64,000 nt of DNA from an uncultured Gammaproteobacteria bacterium (lineage in GTDB: Bacteria > Patescibacteriota > Patescibacteriia > Magasanikbacterales > UBA922), in NCBI GenBank assembly GCA_964597575.1, contig CAZQXB010000002.1, positions 5,624 to 69,623 on the forward strand, given 5' to 3'. How positions within the stretch are numbered: the first letter of the stretch is position 1; each line of letters opens with the position of its first letter. Below the pieces are notes generated by a model. That model was not told where the DNA came from, did no database searches, and saw nothing but the letters and a program-made list of their open reading frames with translations. This document shows, piece by piece, positions 39,069 to 48,932 of this stretch. A program made the translations under genes and the position numbers.

Positions 39069-41233
39069 AGACCGCGTTCTTCAGAATGTAAAATCATTTT
39101 AATATCAAGAGCAATCACACGTTGTTCTGTTACGATCATTGGGTTAATATCCAATTCTTTAATACGAGGATTTTGAGCAACAAACTCGGAGATTTTCTCG
39201 ACCACTTCATAAAAAAGTTTGCGTGCTTTTGGCGGGGCTCCACGATACCCGCGGAGGAGTGTTTCAAGCGGAGTGCTGAGGAGCGCCTCGGCCACAGTGG
39301 AGCGCATAACGGGAGCTAAAAACATTGTATGCGGTTTCATAATTTCGGTATAAATTCCCCCGCGACCAACCACAACGATCGGGCCAAATTCTCTATCGCG
39401 CTTCGCTCCGACAAAGACTTCTACCCCACCCTCAATTTTTTCTTCAATAAGAATAGAAGCACTTTTATCTCCTTCTGATTGAAGCCGACGAATAAGATCG
39501 GTGAGCATGTGCCAGGCGGCTTCCAATTGAACTTCGTTCGGAATATCAGTCACGACACCATGAATATCTGTTTTATGAAGATTCTTTATCGAAGAAATTT
39601 TAAGAACGACTTTATACTCACACTGTTTAGCAAAAAATACAGCCTCTTCAAACGTGTGGACCATGCGAGAATTAGGCACCTCAACACCGAGTTCACGAAA
39701 AATCATGCCACCTTCATACGGGGTTAAAACGGCTCTCTCTTCACGACGAAGAATATCTTCCATTTCAGAAAATCTTCTCAGGGCTTTTTTTACCCCACTC
39801 GCACTTCCAGCTAAACCTGACTTCTTTAGTTCAGTTTGTTTTGCCCACCACCACATCGCACCGAGGGCCTTTACGGCGCGTTCAGGGTAGCGAAATGAAG
39901 GAATGCCGTGGCGGTGGAGAACATGCTCCCCTTGGGCCACCCGATACCCGCCCATAAATGCACAGAAAATAGGCTTACCAAATTTCTCCCCTACTTCTCC
40001 TACCACTTCCGCTACCTGCGCAATATCGGTCATGATTTGCGGGGTTAAAATAACGAGAAGCGCATCAACCGTTGATTCTTTGGCCACAATCGTCAAAGCC
40101 TCCCGGTACCGAACCGAAGTGGCATCGCCTAAAACATCAACCGGATTGTGAATTGCTGCTGCACGGGGCAACACTTCTTCTAAACGCTCAATGGTTTTTT
40201 CTTTGAGTGGCGCCATCGTCAGACCATATTGTTCAAGTGCATCGCTCGCAATAACCGCCGGACCTCCGGCATTTGAAATCACCGCCACATTTGGCCCACG
40301 CGGCACATCTTCAAAAGAAAAAGCTTGGAGAAGATCGAACATGTCTTCTACCCCTTCTGCCCGAATAATGCCGGCTTCGTTTAGGGCAGCCGCCAGGATC
40401 GTATCTTCACCTGCCATAGCACCGGTGTGCGACAGCATAGCAGCTTTCGCGGCTTCTGTTTTTCCAGGCTTAATCAGAATAACCGGTTGTTTTTTAGCAA
40501 TAGCTTTGGCCGTTTCAATAAATGCGCGCCCATCAGTAATGGATTCTAAATAAATTCCAACCGGTTCGTGTGGCGACATGTTTTTTGGCACCTTGATTTC
40601 ACTCGGTACATTGGCCCAATACGAAAGAACATCTGCTTCATGTAAGACTGTTTTATTCCCCAAAGTGACCACCTCAGCCATACCAAGCTCTGCCGCACGG
40701 GCCATGTCAAGCAGGCTCGACACCATCGCCCCAGATTGCGATAAAAAGCGAATATTCCCCGCACGATTATTTACTTCAGCAAAGGTGGCATTGAGTTTAC
40801 TCGCTGCGTGATAGAACCCTAAACAATTTGGCCCAAGAATAGTGAGTTCATACACATCAGCGAGGGCTGCTAATTTCTGCTCAAGCGCCTCACCCTCATG
40901 ACCCGCTTCTTTAAATCCGGCAGTAAATAAAACGAGAAACTTTGTTCCTTTCTTTGCGATTTCTTCAATAACAGGAAGAACAATTCCCGCCGGAAGTGAG
41001 ATAAGGGCGAGATCAGGAACAACAGGAAGCATCGCATATGAAGGATATGCTGTGATATCTAAGATTGTGTCGGCCTCAGGGTTCACCGGGTATACCTCAC
41101 CCTCAAACCCACCCTCAAGAATGTTACGAAGAACGATGTGTCCAATTTTTTTAGGATCACGTGACGCGCCAACAACCGCCACAGATCGCGGATGGAACAT
41201 GCGGAATAATTGTTTGGCATTTACTCGATGCAT
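39065..41233 (-). CDS. acetyl-CoA synthetase (ADP-forming), fused alpha-beta
   Basis: CoA-binding N-terminus (SVAVVGASRDPKKIG), succinyl-CoA-synthetase-like ligase-CoA domain, and a C-terminal ATP-grasp. 722 aa. Overlaps the downstream OFOR gene by 4 nt. Confidence 0.85.
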   Translation of the reverse strand: MHRVNAKQLFRMFHPRSVAVVGASRDPKKIGHIVLRNILEGGFEGEVYPVNPEADTILDITAYPSYAMLPVVPDLALISLPAGIVLPVIEEIAKKGTKFLVLFTAGFKEAGHEGEALEQKLAALADVYELTILGPNCLGFYHAASKLNATFAEVNNRAGNIRFLSQSGAMVSSLLDMARAAELGMAEVVTLGNKTVLHEADVLSYWANVPSEIKVPKNMSPHEPVGIYLESITDGRAFIETAKAIAKKQPVILIKPGKTEAAKAAMLSHTGAMAGEDTILAAALNEAGIIRAEGVEDMFDLLQAFSFEDVPRGPNVAVISNAGGPAVIASDALEQYGLTMAPLKEKTIERLEEVLPRAAAIHNPVDVLGDATSVRYREALTIVAKESTVDALLVILTPQIMTDIAQVAEVVGEVGEKFGKPIFCAFMGGYRVAQGEHVLHRHGIPSFRYPERAVKALGAMWWWAKQTELKKSGLAGSASGVKKALRRFSEMEDILRREERAVLTPYEGGMIFRELGVEVPNSRMVHTFEEAVFFAKQCEYKVVLKISSIKNLHKTDIHGVVTDIPNEVQLEAAWHMLTDLIRRLQSEGDKSASILIEEKIEGGVEVFVGAKRDREFGPIVVVGRGGIYTEIMKPHTMFLAPVMRSTVAEALLSTPLETLLRGYRGAPPKARKLFYEVVEKISEFVAQNPRIKELDINPMIVTEQRVIALDIKMILHSEERGL

Positions 41234-41304
41234 AGAAGATGCACCTAGTATACCAAAATTTTTTCACTTCTCCCACTTTCAGACAGGCCCAAGGAAGGAA
41301 TAAA

Positions 41305-41338
41305 CAAAAACTCAGCCGGAAGGCTGAGTTTTTTCTTT
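41305..41338. terminator. rho-independent terminator downstream of tsf
   Basis: CTCAGCC-GGAA-GGCTGAG hairpin with a T-run on the minus strand. Confidence 0.7.
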
Positions 41339-41348
41339 CTTTTGTTGT

Positions 41349-41999
41349 TTAGGCGCCCATCTGTGCTGCGACCTCTGCCGCATAATCCACCTTCGCTTTT
41401 TCGATACCTTCACCGACAACGAAACGAGTAAAGCGACGAACAGACACCTTTTCTCCAATCTCAACGGTCTTTTGTGTTAAGAGAGCACTGATCGTTTTGT
41501 CTTCATCTTTAATAAACGGTTGATCGAGAAGGCAAATATCGCCGTAGAACTTAGACATCTTCCCTTCGATAATTTTTTCTATCATTGCCTCAGGTTTCCC
41601 TTCAACTTTGAGTTGCTCACGGTGAAAGTTCTTTTCTTTTTCTAAAACGTCAGCAGGAACTTCTTCACGAGAAAGATACTTTGGAGCAACCGCAGCCACA
41701 TGCATTGCTACATCAGTTGCAAGTGCTTTAAAACCATCCGTTTTGGCCACAAAGTCAGTTTCACAATTCATTTCAAGAAGAACTCCGATGCGTCCGCCAC
41801 CATGAAGGTATGACACGATCAATCCCTCAGCAGCCACCTTGTCTGCGCGTTTTGCTGCCTTAAGCATTCCGCGTTCACGCAAAATTTCAGCCGCACGAAC
41901 CATGTCGCCAGCGGCCTCATCAAGCGCTTTTTTACAATCAAGCATACCGGCTCCGGTTTGAGTGCGGAGTTCGGCTACCATCGAAGCTGTAATAGCCAT
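41349..41999 (-). CDS. tsf: elongation factor Ts
   Basis: MVAELRTQTGAGMLDCKKAL and LLEMNCETDFVAKT. Start at the ATG 41997-41999. Confidence 0.92.
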   Translation of the reverse strand: MAITASMVAELRTQTGAGMLDCKKALDEAAGDMVRAAEILRERGMLKAAKRADKVAAEGLIVSYLHGGGRIGVLLEMNCETDFVAKTDGFKALATDVAMHVAAVAPKYLSREEVPADVLEKEKNFHREQLKVEGKPEAMIEKIIEGKMSKFYGDICLLDQPFIKDEDKTISALLTQKTVEIGEKVSVRRFTRFVVGEGIEKAKVDYAAEVAAQMGA

Positions 42000-42096
42000 A
42001 GAAAATGTATAGAATAAATGGACAAGAACCTTCTTCACCTAGGAAGAAAACGAAATTGAGAGGCGGACTCGAAGAATATGGGTCCACTCTCTTTTT

Positions 42097-42858
42097 TTAC
42101 TGTGAAGCTACCGCTACGTCTTTCGCAATTTCCTTTTTCAGCACTTCCATTTTCTTTTCTTTCATTTGTTTTTCAAATTCCGCGCGACCTTCTTTGGCAG
42201 CTTCAGCTACGAGGGTTACAATCATCTTGATTGCGTTCACTGCGTCGTCGTTGGCTGGAATAACGTAGTCTGCTTTTTCTGGATTTGCATTCGTATCACA
42301 CACAGCAATTACCGGAACGTTCATTGATTTCGCTTCTGTGATCGTGGTTTTTTCACGCTGCATCGCAGGCACAAAAACGGCATCTGGAAGTTTATCGAGA
42401 TTCACGAGCCCAGCAAGCATTTTATCCATCTTTTCAAGTTTCTTTGCAATATCAACCTGTTCTTTCTTGGTGTAGCGTTCCAATTCACCTGAAGCCTGTT
42501 CGCCTTTTAAGCGTTTATAATTCGTAATCAACTTTTTCATTTCTGGAAAGTTGGTGAGAAGACCACCGAGCCAACGACCAACCAAAAATGGCATGCCGCA
42601 TGATTCTGCAGCTTCTTTTACGATATCAAGCGCTTGAGGCTTGGTCGTAACAAACAAAACCTGCTTCCCTTCAGCGGCCATGGCTTTAATTTGCGGAAGA
42701 ACTTCTTCCAACTGTCGGCGAGTTTCTTCTAAATGAATCACATGCACACCATTCCGTTCGGTAAAGATGTACTTTGCCATTTTTGGATGCCAACGAGAAA
42801 CCTGGTGCCCAAAATGAACACCGGCCTGCAGCATCTCCATGATTGATGGAACTTTCAT
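42097..42858 (-). CDS. rpsB: 30S ribosomal protein S2
   Basis: MLQAGVHFGHQVSRWHPKM...FVTTK...VIAVCDTNANP. Start at the MKVPS ATG 42856-42858 with an AAGGA RBS. The longer ORF up to 43038 is leader sequence. Confidence 0.93.
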   Translation of the reverse strand: MKVPSIMEMLQAGVHFGHQVSRWHPKMAKYIFTERNGVHVIHLEETRRQLEEVLPQIKAMAAEGKQVLFVTTKPQALDIVKEAAESCGMPFLVGRWLGGLLTNFPEMKKLITNYKRLKGEQASGELERYTKKEQVDIAKKLEKMDKMLAGLVNLDKLPDAVFVPAMQREKTTITEAKSMNVPVIAVCDTNANPEKADYVIPANDDAVNAIKMIVTLVAEAAKEGRAEFEKQMKEKKMEVLKKEIAKDVAVASQ

Positions 42859-42958
42859 AGATTTCCTTAAACCTCCCAGGGTTGGCTGTTCGAATGGCGA
42901 ACAGAGGAAATAGTGCCTTTTCTCAGGCGGTCCCTGGTGAGAGATGAATATGGGCCTC

Positions 42959-42987
42959 AGTGTACCGAAACTACTATAAATTGTCAA
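42959..42987 (-). promoter_or_regulatory. sigma-70 promoter of rpsB-tsf (TTGACA-N17-TACACT)
   Basis: Minus strand: TTGACA at 42982-42987, TACACT at 42959-42964. The transcript would carry a ~95-nt structured leader with the CTGTTCG-ccatt-CGAACAG hairpin. Confidence 0.55.
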
Positions 42988-43122
42988 GGCTCTTGACAAC
43001 AGAGCCAAAATGGAGTATATTTTCTGGTTGACTGCCATAGGAAAAATGCCTGGGCAGCGGCTTACCTTGGCAATTCGCCTCGGTAATTACCCCCTTCATC
43101 CGAAGGGACAAGGACACGACAA

Positions 43123-43956
43123 GTGAGCAAGCAGAAGAGCGGTTCGATGGTTCCCGGCAAGATGACCCTGGCCGAGGCGAAGCAGTGGCGCCCGGACCCA
43201 GCCAACAAGCCGACCCGCGTCATCCCGGAGCGCCTGCAGACCAAGGGGCGCATGAACGCGGTCGCCCGCTACGAGCAGGTCTTCGCCCGGCGCAAGGGCG
43301 TCGGTGGCACGAAGGATCAGATCATGGCGGGCATGAAGAACATCCGCCGTAAGAACGAGACGGTGTACGCCTGCCGGCAGGCGTACACCGCCCTGCTCGA
43401 CTGCGGGTACATCCGTGAGATCGAACTGACCGACAAGAAGGACATGGTGTTCGTCATCTTCCTCGTGGCGCCGGCCGTGCCCGAGAAGAAGACCGCGACG
43501 AAGACGACCGGGGTCAAGAAGGTCGAAGGAACCATCAAGGTCGACCGCAGCAAGATCACGGATCTCCAGCCGGTCGAGACGCGTGGGAGCGACCGCACCG
43601 AGGAGGAGCTGCTCACGCAGAGGATGGCCGAGCTCGACGCCGAGGAAGGTGCGCTCGAGGCCAACCTCCTCAACGTGCGCGACGAGAAGAAGGCCACCCA
43701 GACCAGGCTCACAGAACTTCTGGCCGCCGCGGTCGATCAGAAGGCGAGGGACTTGATCCCGAACGTCACCCACCTGGGCGAGCTGGCGTTCAGCGAGCTG
43801 GCCTTCGCGATCGAGGCCGAGAAGTTGCGCCGTCGAGGCCGTGACAGCACGGACAGCACCGACGAGAACGATGGCGCTGGAGCGACCGCCCCGGCCATGA
43901 TGGCCACTCCCGGTCTGAGCGGCACCAGTTCCGCGACCCAGATGGCCACCGCCTAG
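43123..43956 (+). CDS. GC-rich island gene: hypothetical protein with central coiled-coil and acidic Ser/Thr-rich C-terminus
   Basis: GC ~65% with extreme GC3 bias. GTG start per the ORF track, with alternative ATGs at 43147 and 43162. No recognisable catalytic motif. The antisense ORF 43096-43965 is a GC artefact. Confidence 0.55.
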   Translation: MSKQKSGSMVPGKMTLAEAKQWRPDPANKPTRVIPERLQTKGRMNAVARYEQVFARRKGVGGTKDQIMAGMKNIRRKNETVYACRQAYTALLDCGYIREIELTDKKDMVFVIFLVAPAVPEKKTATKTTGVKKVEGTIKVDRSKITDLQPVETRGSDRTEEELLTQRMAELDAEEGALEANLLNVRDEKKATQTRLTELLAAAVDQKARDLIPNVTHLGELAFSELAFAIEAEKLRRRGRDSTDSTDENDGAGATAPAMMATPGLSGTSSATQMATA

Positions 43957-43996
43957 CCACACCACTCACGTGACGTAGCAAGGCAAGGAGAAGATA

Positions 43997-44056
43997 CCCG
44001 AGTTTACGCACACATTGAAAGGAGATGTGCGCAACTCGGGTGTTTTTATTTTTTCT
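43997..44056 (+). terminator. strong rho-independent terminator after island-3 gene
   Basis: Long stem CCCGAGTT..GCGCAC / GTGCGC..AACTCGGG followed by TGTTTTTATTTTTT. Confidence 0.7.
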
Positions 44057-44064
44057 GCTATACT

Positions 44065-44832
44065 ATGTACCATATGTTTACCCCTTCTGCTCCTTGGTAT
44101 AAACATGGCGCCGGCCGTGCCTTCCTTATTTTTCTCGCTATCATCGGGCTTATTGCAGCGAGCTTCGGTACTTTGGTTGCTTATTATTTGTGGCACTATA
44201 ACCAAGGTACTTTTGCAACTGTTGAAAAAAAACTCTATGAAGGCAGGCAAAGCACCTTGACTGGAGCGGCGCAGCAACCCAAAAACCCAACCATTGCGGA
44301 CCCTACAAAACTGATCCGTGCGCACAACCCTACCATTGGCGAGACCGATGCGCCGATTACGGTCATCATGTTCATCGACTTTGAGTGTCCATTTTGCCAA
44401 GCCGATTACGCCAGCATGCAAAAAATTCGTGACCAGTACGCCGGCGTGGCGCGATTTGTATTTAAACATTTTCCCGTTGAAGCCATTCATCCCAACGCAC
44501 GCACGGCTGCCATGGCTGCCGCTTGTGCAGCAGAAGAGGGAAAATTCTGGCCGTACTACGATCATTTATTTCAAAACAAAAATCTTTCTGAACACGGTTT
44601 AGCGACCGCAGCCACAGCGCTTAACATTAAAACCCCTCGTTTCGACAGCTGTCGAAGCACGTACCGCACGGCAAAATTCATTGAAGAAGATGTAAACGAC
44701 GCTTACGCTATTGGTATTCGCGGAACACCAACGTATATCGTCAACGGCACCCGTATCGATGGGAGTATTCCAGAAAGCGAATGGCAGCGCATCATGGTTG
44801 AAGCACTCAAAACACCCGCCACAAAACCATAA
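44065..44832 (+). CDS. membrane-anchored DsbA/BdbD-like thiol:disulfide oxidoreductase
   Basis: N-terminal TM anchor, FECPFC CxxC motif, and a thioredoxin fold. TATACT -10 at 44050-44055 only ~9 nt before the ATG, suggesting a leaderless transcript; alternative ATG at 44074. Confidence 0.75.
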   Translation: MYHMFTPSAPWYKHGAGRAFLIFLAIIGLIAASFGTLVAYYLWHYNQGTFATVEKKLYEGRQSTLTGAAQQPKNPTIADPTKLIRAHNPTIGETDAPITVIMFIDFECPFCQADYASMQKIRDQYAGVARFVFKHFPVEAIHPNARTAAMAAACAAEEGKFWPYYDHLFQNKNLSEHGLATAATALNIKTPRFDSCRSTYRTAKFIEEDVNDAYAIGIRGTPTYIVNGTRIDGSIPESEWQRIMVEALKTPATKP

Positions 44833-44881
44833 TTGACATATTCCCTTTCCTCGCGTATACTTCTCATCCGACCAATCCTCA

Positions 44882-47743
44882 ATGAATTGTATGCCCGAGT
44901 ATATCAGCATTAAAGGTGCCCGCGTCAATAATTTAAAAAACATTTCGGTTAAGATTCCTAAAAATGCCCTTACGGTTATTACCGGTCTTTCAGGTTCTGG
45001 AAAATCTTCTTTAGCTTTTGATACCATTTACGCCGAGGGTCAGCGCCGCTACGCAGAAAGCTTGAATGCCTACGCGCGACAATTCATGGAACTTCAAGAT
45101 AAACCCGATGTTGACGAGATTACCGGCCTCTCCCCGACTATTGCGATCGATCAGCGAAACACTACTCAAAACCCTCGTTCAACGGTTGGTACGACCACCG
45201 AAATTTACGATGGTCTTCGCCTTCTTTTTTCTCGTGTTGGCGTGCAGTACGACCCGGAGACTGGTGAATCGGTCAGCCATTTTACCTCCGGCCAAATTGT
45301 AGAAACGGTTCGCTCTCTCGCCCGTAAGGTCTCACCGCTTCTTATTGTGTCGCCGGTATACACCAATATTACGGTGCAATCGCGCACCCTTGTAAAACAA
45401 CTTGAACAAAGCGGGCACACTTCTGTGCGTGTGAATGGTGTACCAATGAAACTCGCACAAATAAAAACCTATCCTTTCCAGACAGAAAAAAAATATTCTA
45501 TTGATGTCGTTCTTGCAACGATTACGGATTCTAAAAAACAAGATGTCGCTGAAGCAGTACTAAAAGCCTTAGAGCTTGCGAATGGCACAGTAATTATCGC
45601 GAACGCTGAAACAGGCGAAGAGACACGGTACTCCACCTTCCCCTACGCTATTAAAAGTGATCGCCGTTTTGACCCAATCGAACCTCGTACGTTTAGTTTT
45701 AATAGCCCCTATGGCGCTTGCGCACGCTGTACTGGTCTTGGCTACACACTTGAAGTGAACCCAGAACTCGTTATCCCAAACCCCCGCCTTACCTTAGCCG
45801 AAGGCGCCATTCAGCCATGGACTCGTATTGTTGGGAACCAAAGCATGTACAGCAAGCTCGTTGAAGCAGTTGCCACTGTTCACGCTTTTTCAGTGCATAC
45901 GCCGGTAAAAGATTTATCGGGCAAAGTCATGGACATGCTCCTGTTCGGTACCGACGGACAAGAGTACGATGTGGAAGGGAAAAAAATGCGCTTTGAGGGG
46001 ATTATCCCCAACCTCACCGCTCGTCATGCTGAAACTGATTCTGAATACATCCGCAAGGAAATCCAAGAATACATGCGTGAAACACTCTGTTCTTCCTGCA
46101 AAGGAAAACGGCTGAAAGTAGAATCACTTCATGTGCGCATTGGAGACATGTCGATTGCTGACATTGTAGAGTTAAGCGTTGAAGAAGCGCTGAACCTTTT
46201 TCAGAATTATCTTCCGAACGGAAAGACCAAAAAAACTCCAACGAGTGATCCGTTTCGTTTAAGCACTCAACACGAAAAAATTACGTTTCCTATTTTAAAG
46301 GAAATGATTCGCCGTCTTGAAGATTTGCGTTCAGTTGGGTTGCACTACCTCACACTTGATCGAAGCATGGCTACATTGTCAGGAGGTGAATCACAACGTG
46401 TTCGCCTTTCAACGCAGCTTTCAACCGGACTCACGAATGTTATTTATATCTTAGATGAACCTTCCATTGGGCTTCACAGTAAAGATAACGACAAGCTCAT
46501 TGCAACCTTAAAAACTCTTCGCGATATTGGAAACACCGTCATCGTGGTTGAGCACGATGCCGCCATGATGGAATCGGCCGACTACGTCATTGATATTGGT
46601 CCAGGAGCTGGAGAATATGGTGGTGAGGTGGTGGCCGAAGGAACCCCTGCAGCCATTAAAAAGGCCAAGAAATCTCTCACCGGTCAGTATCTTTCCGGCA
46701 AAGAAGGAATTACACCGCCAAAAACACTCCACAAAGGGAATGGAAAGAGTATCGACATTGTCGGGGCGACTGCCTTCAACTTAAAAAATATTGATGTTTC
46801 TATTCCTCTTGGAAAGTTGGTCTGTGTTACTGGCGTTTCTGGTTCTGGAAAATCAACTCTTATTATTGATATTTTGAGTAAGGCCTTGAGCCAACATTTT
46901 TATCGTGCAAAAGCCGAACCAGGAGCACACAAAAACATTAAAGGGCTCACCAATATTGACAAAGTGATCTCCATTGACCAAACTCCTATCGGTCGTACCC
47001 CTCGTTCAAATCCAGCCACCTACACCGGTGTTTTCACGGCGATTCGTGACTTATTTACGAATGTCCCAGAAGCTAAAATGCGTGGCTACGATGCCGGCAT
47101 GTTCAGCTTCAATGTAAAAGGTGGTGGACGTTGCGAGGCCTGTGCCGGGGAAGGATATATTCGCATTCCAATGCAATTTTTAACCGACGTATTTGTTGAG
47201 TGTACGGAATGTGTCGGTAAACGCTACAATAAGGAAGCTCTTGAAATTCATTATCGCGGGAAACACATTGGGGATGTCCTTGAAATGACGGTTGAGGAAG
47301 CACACCGATTCTTCCGCGATATTCCGGCTATTGCAGACAAACTCGATATTTTACGCGATGTCGGCTTAAGTTATTTAAAACTTGGCCAGCCTGCAACCAC
47401 CGTTTCTGGGGGTGAGGCACAACGTATTAAATTGGCCACAGAACTTGCGCGTCGATCAACCGGAAAAACCTTATACATTTTAGACGAACCAACGACGGGT
47501 CTTCATTTTGAAGATATTAAACGCCTGCTTCATGTCTTGAACCAGCTCGTCGATAAAGGCAATACAGTTCTTATTATCGAACATAACATGGATGTCGCTG
47601 CCTCTTCAGACTGGATTATTGACCTCGGGCCAGATGGGGGTAAAAGTGGAGGTGAGCTTGTGGCTGAGGGCACACCAAAAGAAGTCGCTGCAGTGAAAAA
47701 AAGCTACACAGGTCATTATCTCAAGGATCTCGTAAAAAAATAA
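44882..47743 (+). CDS. uvrA: excinuclease ABC subunit A
   Basis: Two ABC ATPase modules ([20 protein letters not shown]), Zn-finger Cys clusters, and two LSGGE signatures. 953 aa. Confidence 0.97.
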   Translation: MNCMPEYISIKGARVNNLKNISVKIPKNALTVITGLSGSGKSSLAFDTIYAEGQRRYAESLNAYARQFMELQDKPDVDEITGLSPTIAIDQRNTTQNPRSTVGTTTEIYDGLRLLFSRVGVQYDPETGESVSHFTSGQIVETVRSLARKVSPLLIVSPVYTNITVQSRTLVKQLEQSGHTSVRVNGVPMKLAQIKTYPFQTEKKYSIDVVLATITDSKKQDVAEAVLKALELANGTVIIANAETGEETRYSTFPYAIKSDRRFDPIEPRTFSFNSPYGACARCTGLGYTLEVNPELVIPNPRLTLAEGAIQPWTRIVGNQSMYSKLVEAVATVHAFSVHTPVKDLSGKVMDMLLFGTDGQEYDVEGKKMRFEGIIPNLTARHAETDSEYIRKEIQEYMRETLCSSCKGKRLKVESLHVRIGDMSIADIVELSVEEALNLFQNYLPNGKTKKTPTSDPFRLSTQHEKITFPILKEMIRRLEDLRSVGLHYLTLDRSMATLSGGESQRVRLSTQLSTGLTNVIYILDEPSIGLHSKDNDKLIATLKTLRDIGNTVIVVEHDAAMMESADYVIDIGPGAGEYGGEVVAEGTPAAIKKAKKSLTGQYLSGKEGITPPKTLHKGNGKSIDIVGATAFNLKNIDVSIPLGKLVCVTGVSGSGKSTLIIDILSKALSQHFYRAKAEPGAHKNIKGLTNIDKVISIDQTPIGRTPRSNPATYTGVFTAIRDLFTNVPEAKMRGYDAGMFSFNVKGGGRCEACAGEGYIRIPMQFLTDVFVECTECVGKRYNKEALEIHYRGKHIGDVLEMTVEEAHRFFRDIPAIADKLDILRDVGLSYLKLGQPATTVSGGEAQRIKLATELARRSTGKTLYILDEPTTGLHFEDIKRLLHVLNQLVDKGNTVLIIEHNMDVAASSDWIIDLGPDGGKSGGELVAEGTPKEVAAVKKSYTGHYLKDLVKK

Positions 47744-47764
47744 AATCTTTTCTTAATTAAAGGA

Positions 47765-47800
47765 ACCCGCATCGAGAATTCGATGCGGGTCTTTGGTTCA
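47765..47800 (+). terminator. hairpin terminator after uvrA
   Basis: 11-bp stem ACCCGCATCGA / TCGATGCGGGT with loop GAAT. The T-tract (CTTTGGTT) is weak. Confidence 0.5.
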
Positions 47801-47831
47801 GGCCAGCTGCAGGATTGCAAGCGACCCACTT

Positions 47832-48230
47832 CTACATGTGGTGGACGAGCTTGACCCAGCCAACAACCGGCTCTGGTTTCGCCTCCCACTCATAACGGGA
47901 ACGGTCGCACAGGTTTCCGGTCGGCAGGCGGCAAAGCTTAGTCTCGCGGACCATGACAATCCAGCCCCGCAATAAGGTGGCACACGCCTCCACAGACGCG
48001 TCGACATGTGATATGCCGGTGTAGAACTCGAGGGTGGCTTCTCCAGCGCGAGCGTGAAACTCGCAGGAGATGAGCACTCCGTCGGCGTCTCGACTGGCGA
48101 TGATGTAGACCACTTCAGCCGGATACGACTCAGCATTCACGAAACATCCCCGCTCTCGAGTAATGACATCGATCGGGTAGATGATGAAAGCCACGAACAC
48201 GAGGAACTTGAGCCAGCTCTTGTTTTCCAT
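47832..48230 (-). CDS. GC-rich island gene: small membrane-anchored hypothetical protein (approx 131 aa)
   Basis: GGGAGAGG RBS 8 nt before the MENKSW ATG. N-terminal TM helix (WLKFLVFVAFIIYPI) then a ~100-aa Cys-containing domain. GC ~57%. Start placed by counting from the ORF end; the local sequence is ambiguous by ~2 nt. Confidence 0.5.
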   Translation of the reverse strand: MENKSWLKFLVFVAFIIYPIDVITRERGCFVNAESYPAEVVYIIASRDADGVLISCEFHARAGEATLEFYTGISHVDASVEACATLLRGWIVMVRETKLCRLPTGNLCDRSRYEWEAKPEPVVGWVKLVHHM

Positions 48231-48360
48231 TGTTTTTACCTCTCCCTGTGAACAATCTCTCATGGCAGTAGAAGCAAGGCACATGACCCTGAACCACTAC
48301 CGCCACGAAAGACTGTTCTTGCCTAATGAAAGCTAAAATAAAGCTCTATATAGACACATG

Positions 48361-48389
48361 ATTATAGCACAACATAGCACTTTTGTCAA
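48361..48389 (-). promoter_or_regulatory. perfect consensus sigma-70 promoter (TTGACA-N17-TATAAT) driving island-4 gene
   Basis: Minus strand: TTGACA at 48384-48389, TATAAT at 48361-48366, in AT-rich DNA just outside the GC-rich block. Confidence 0.6.
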
Positions 48390-48408
48390 GATTATTAGCA
48401 ACTTACCG

Positions 48409-48442
48409 ATAAAAAAGAACCCCGATATCGGGGTTCTTTTTA
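48409..48442. terminator. terminator downstream of rplS
   Basis: Palindrome GAACCCCGAT/ATCGGGGTTC flanked by AAAAAA and TTTTT. Confidence 0.7.
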
Positions 48443-48449
48443 AGAAAAT

Positions 48450-48788
48450 TTACGCTTTTTTCTCAACGGCACCAACTTCTTTGAGGCGCTTCTTTGAGGT
48501 ACGAAGATGAAGTGGCTTTGCTTGATTCACCTTCATTTGTCGAACGACATCAATCTTGTCAATGACTGGGGAATGAATTGGGAAGATACGCTCTACTCCT
48601 ACGCCGTCTGACATTTTGCGTACGGTAATCGTGGCGCCGGCTTCATGACCATGTTTCATGGAAATGATAATCCCTTCAAAAATCTGAATACGTTCTTTTT
48701 CTTCACCTTTGGTGTTGGTTTCTTTAATTTTTTGATGAACTTTTACGATCATCCCGGCTTGCAATTCTGGCAATCGTGCGTCTGACAT
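48450..48788 (-). CDS. rplS: 50S ribosomal protein L19
   Basis: IVKVHQKIKE...ERIQIFEGIIISMKHGH...RTSKKRL are typical L19 motifs. Confidence 0.92.
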   Translation of the reverse strand: MSDARLPELQAGMIVKVHQKIKETNTKGEEKERIQIFEGIIISMKHGHEAGATITVRKMSDGVGVERIFPIHSPVIDKIDVVRQMKVNQAKPLHLRTSKKRLKEVGAVEKKA

Positions 48789-48860
48789 AAAAAATCAATA
48801 GAAGCGAGAGGTTGAGAATGGACCCAACGTCGGCACATGAAGTTAAGTAATCTAGGCCAA

Positions 48861-48889
48861 AGTGTACCGTATCGAAGGAAGAATGTCAA
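48861..48889 (-). promoter_or_regulatory. sigma-70 promoter of rplS (TTGACA-N17-TACACT)
   Basis: Minus strand: TTGACA at 48884-48889, TACACT at 48861-48866. Confidence 0.55.
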
Positions 48890-48932
48890 GACCCTTTCAG
48901 CCGGCTACAAAAGAGGCTATACTTCTTCGCAT

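Noticed and set aside
43096-43965. 289-aa minus-strand ORF antisense to the island-3 gene
   Set aside because: Arg/Gly/Leu-rich, typical antisense artefact of high-GC coding DNA. The plus-strand frame carries the GC3 codon bias.
47770-47830. EcoRI/PvuII/PstI site cluster as proof of cloning scar
   Set aside because: Six-cutter palindromes are common in GC-rich DNA and the hairpin itself functions as a terminator. Noted as a curiosity under the island-4 finding but not called as evidence of engineering.
47793-48136. Additional ORFs (47793-47975 +, 47798-48136 -) inside island 4
   Set aside because: They overlap the better-supported minus-strand gene (RBS plus consensus promoter). They are GC-driven open frames.
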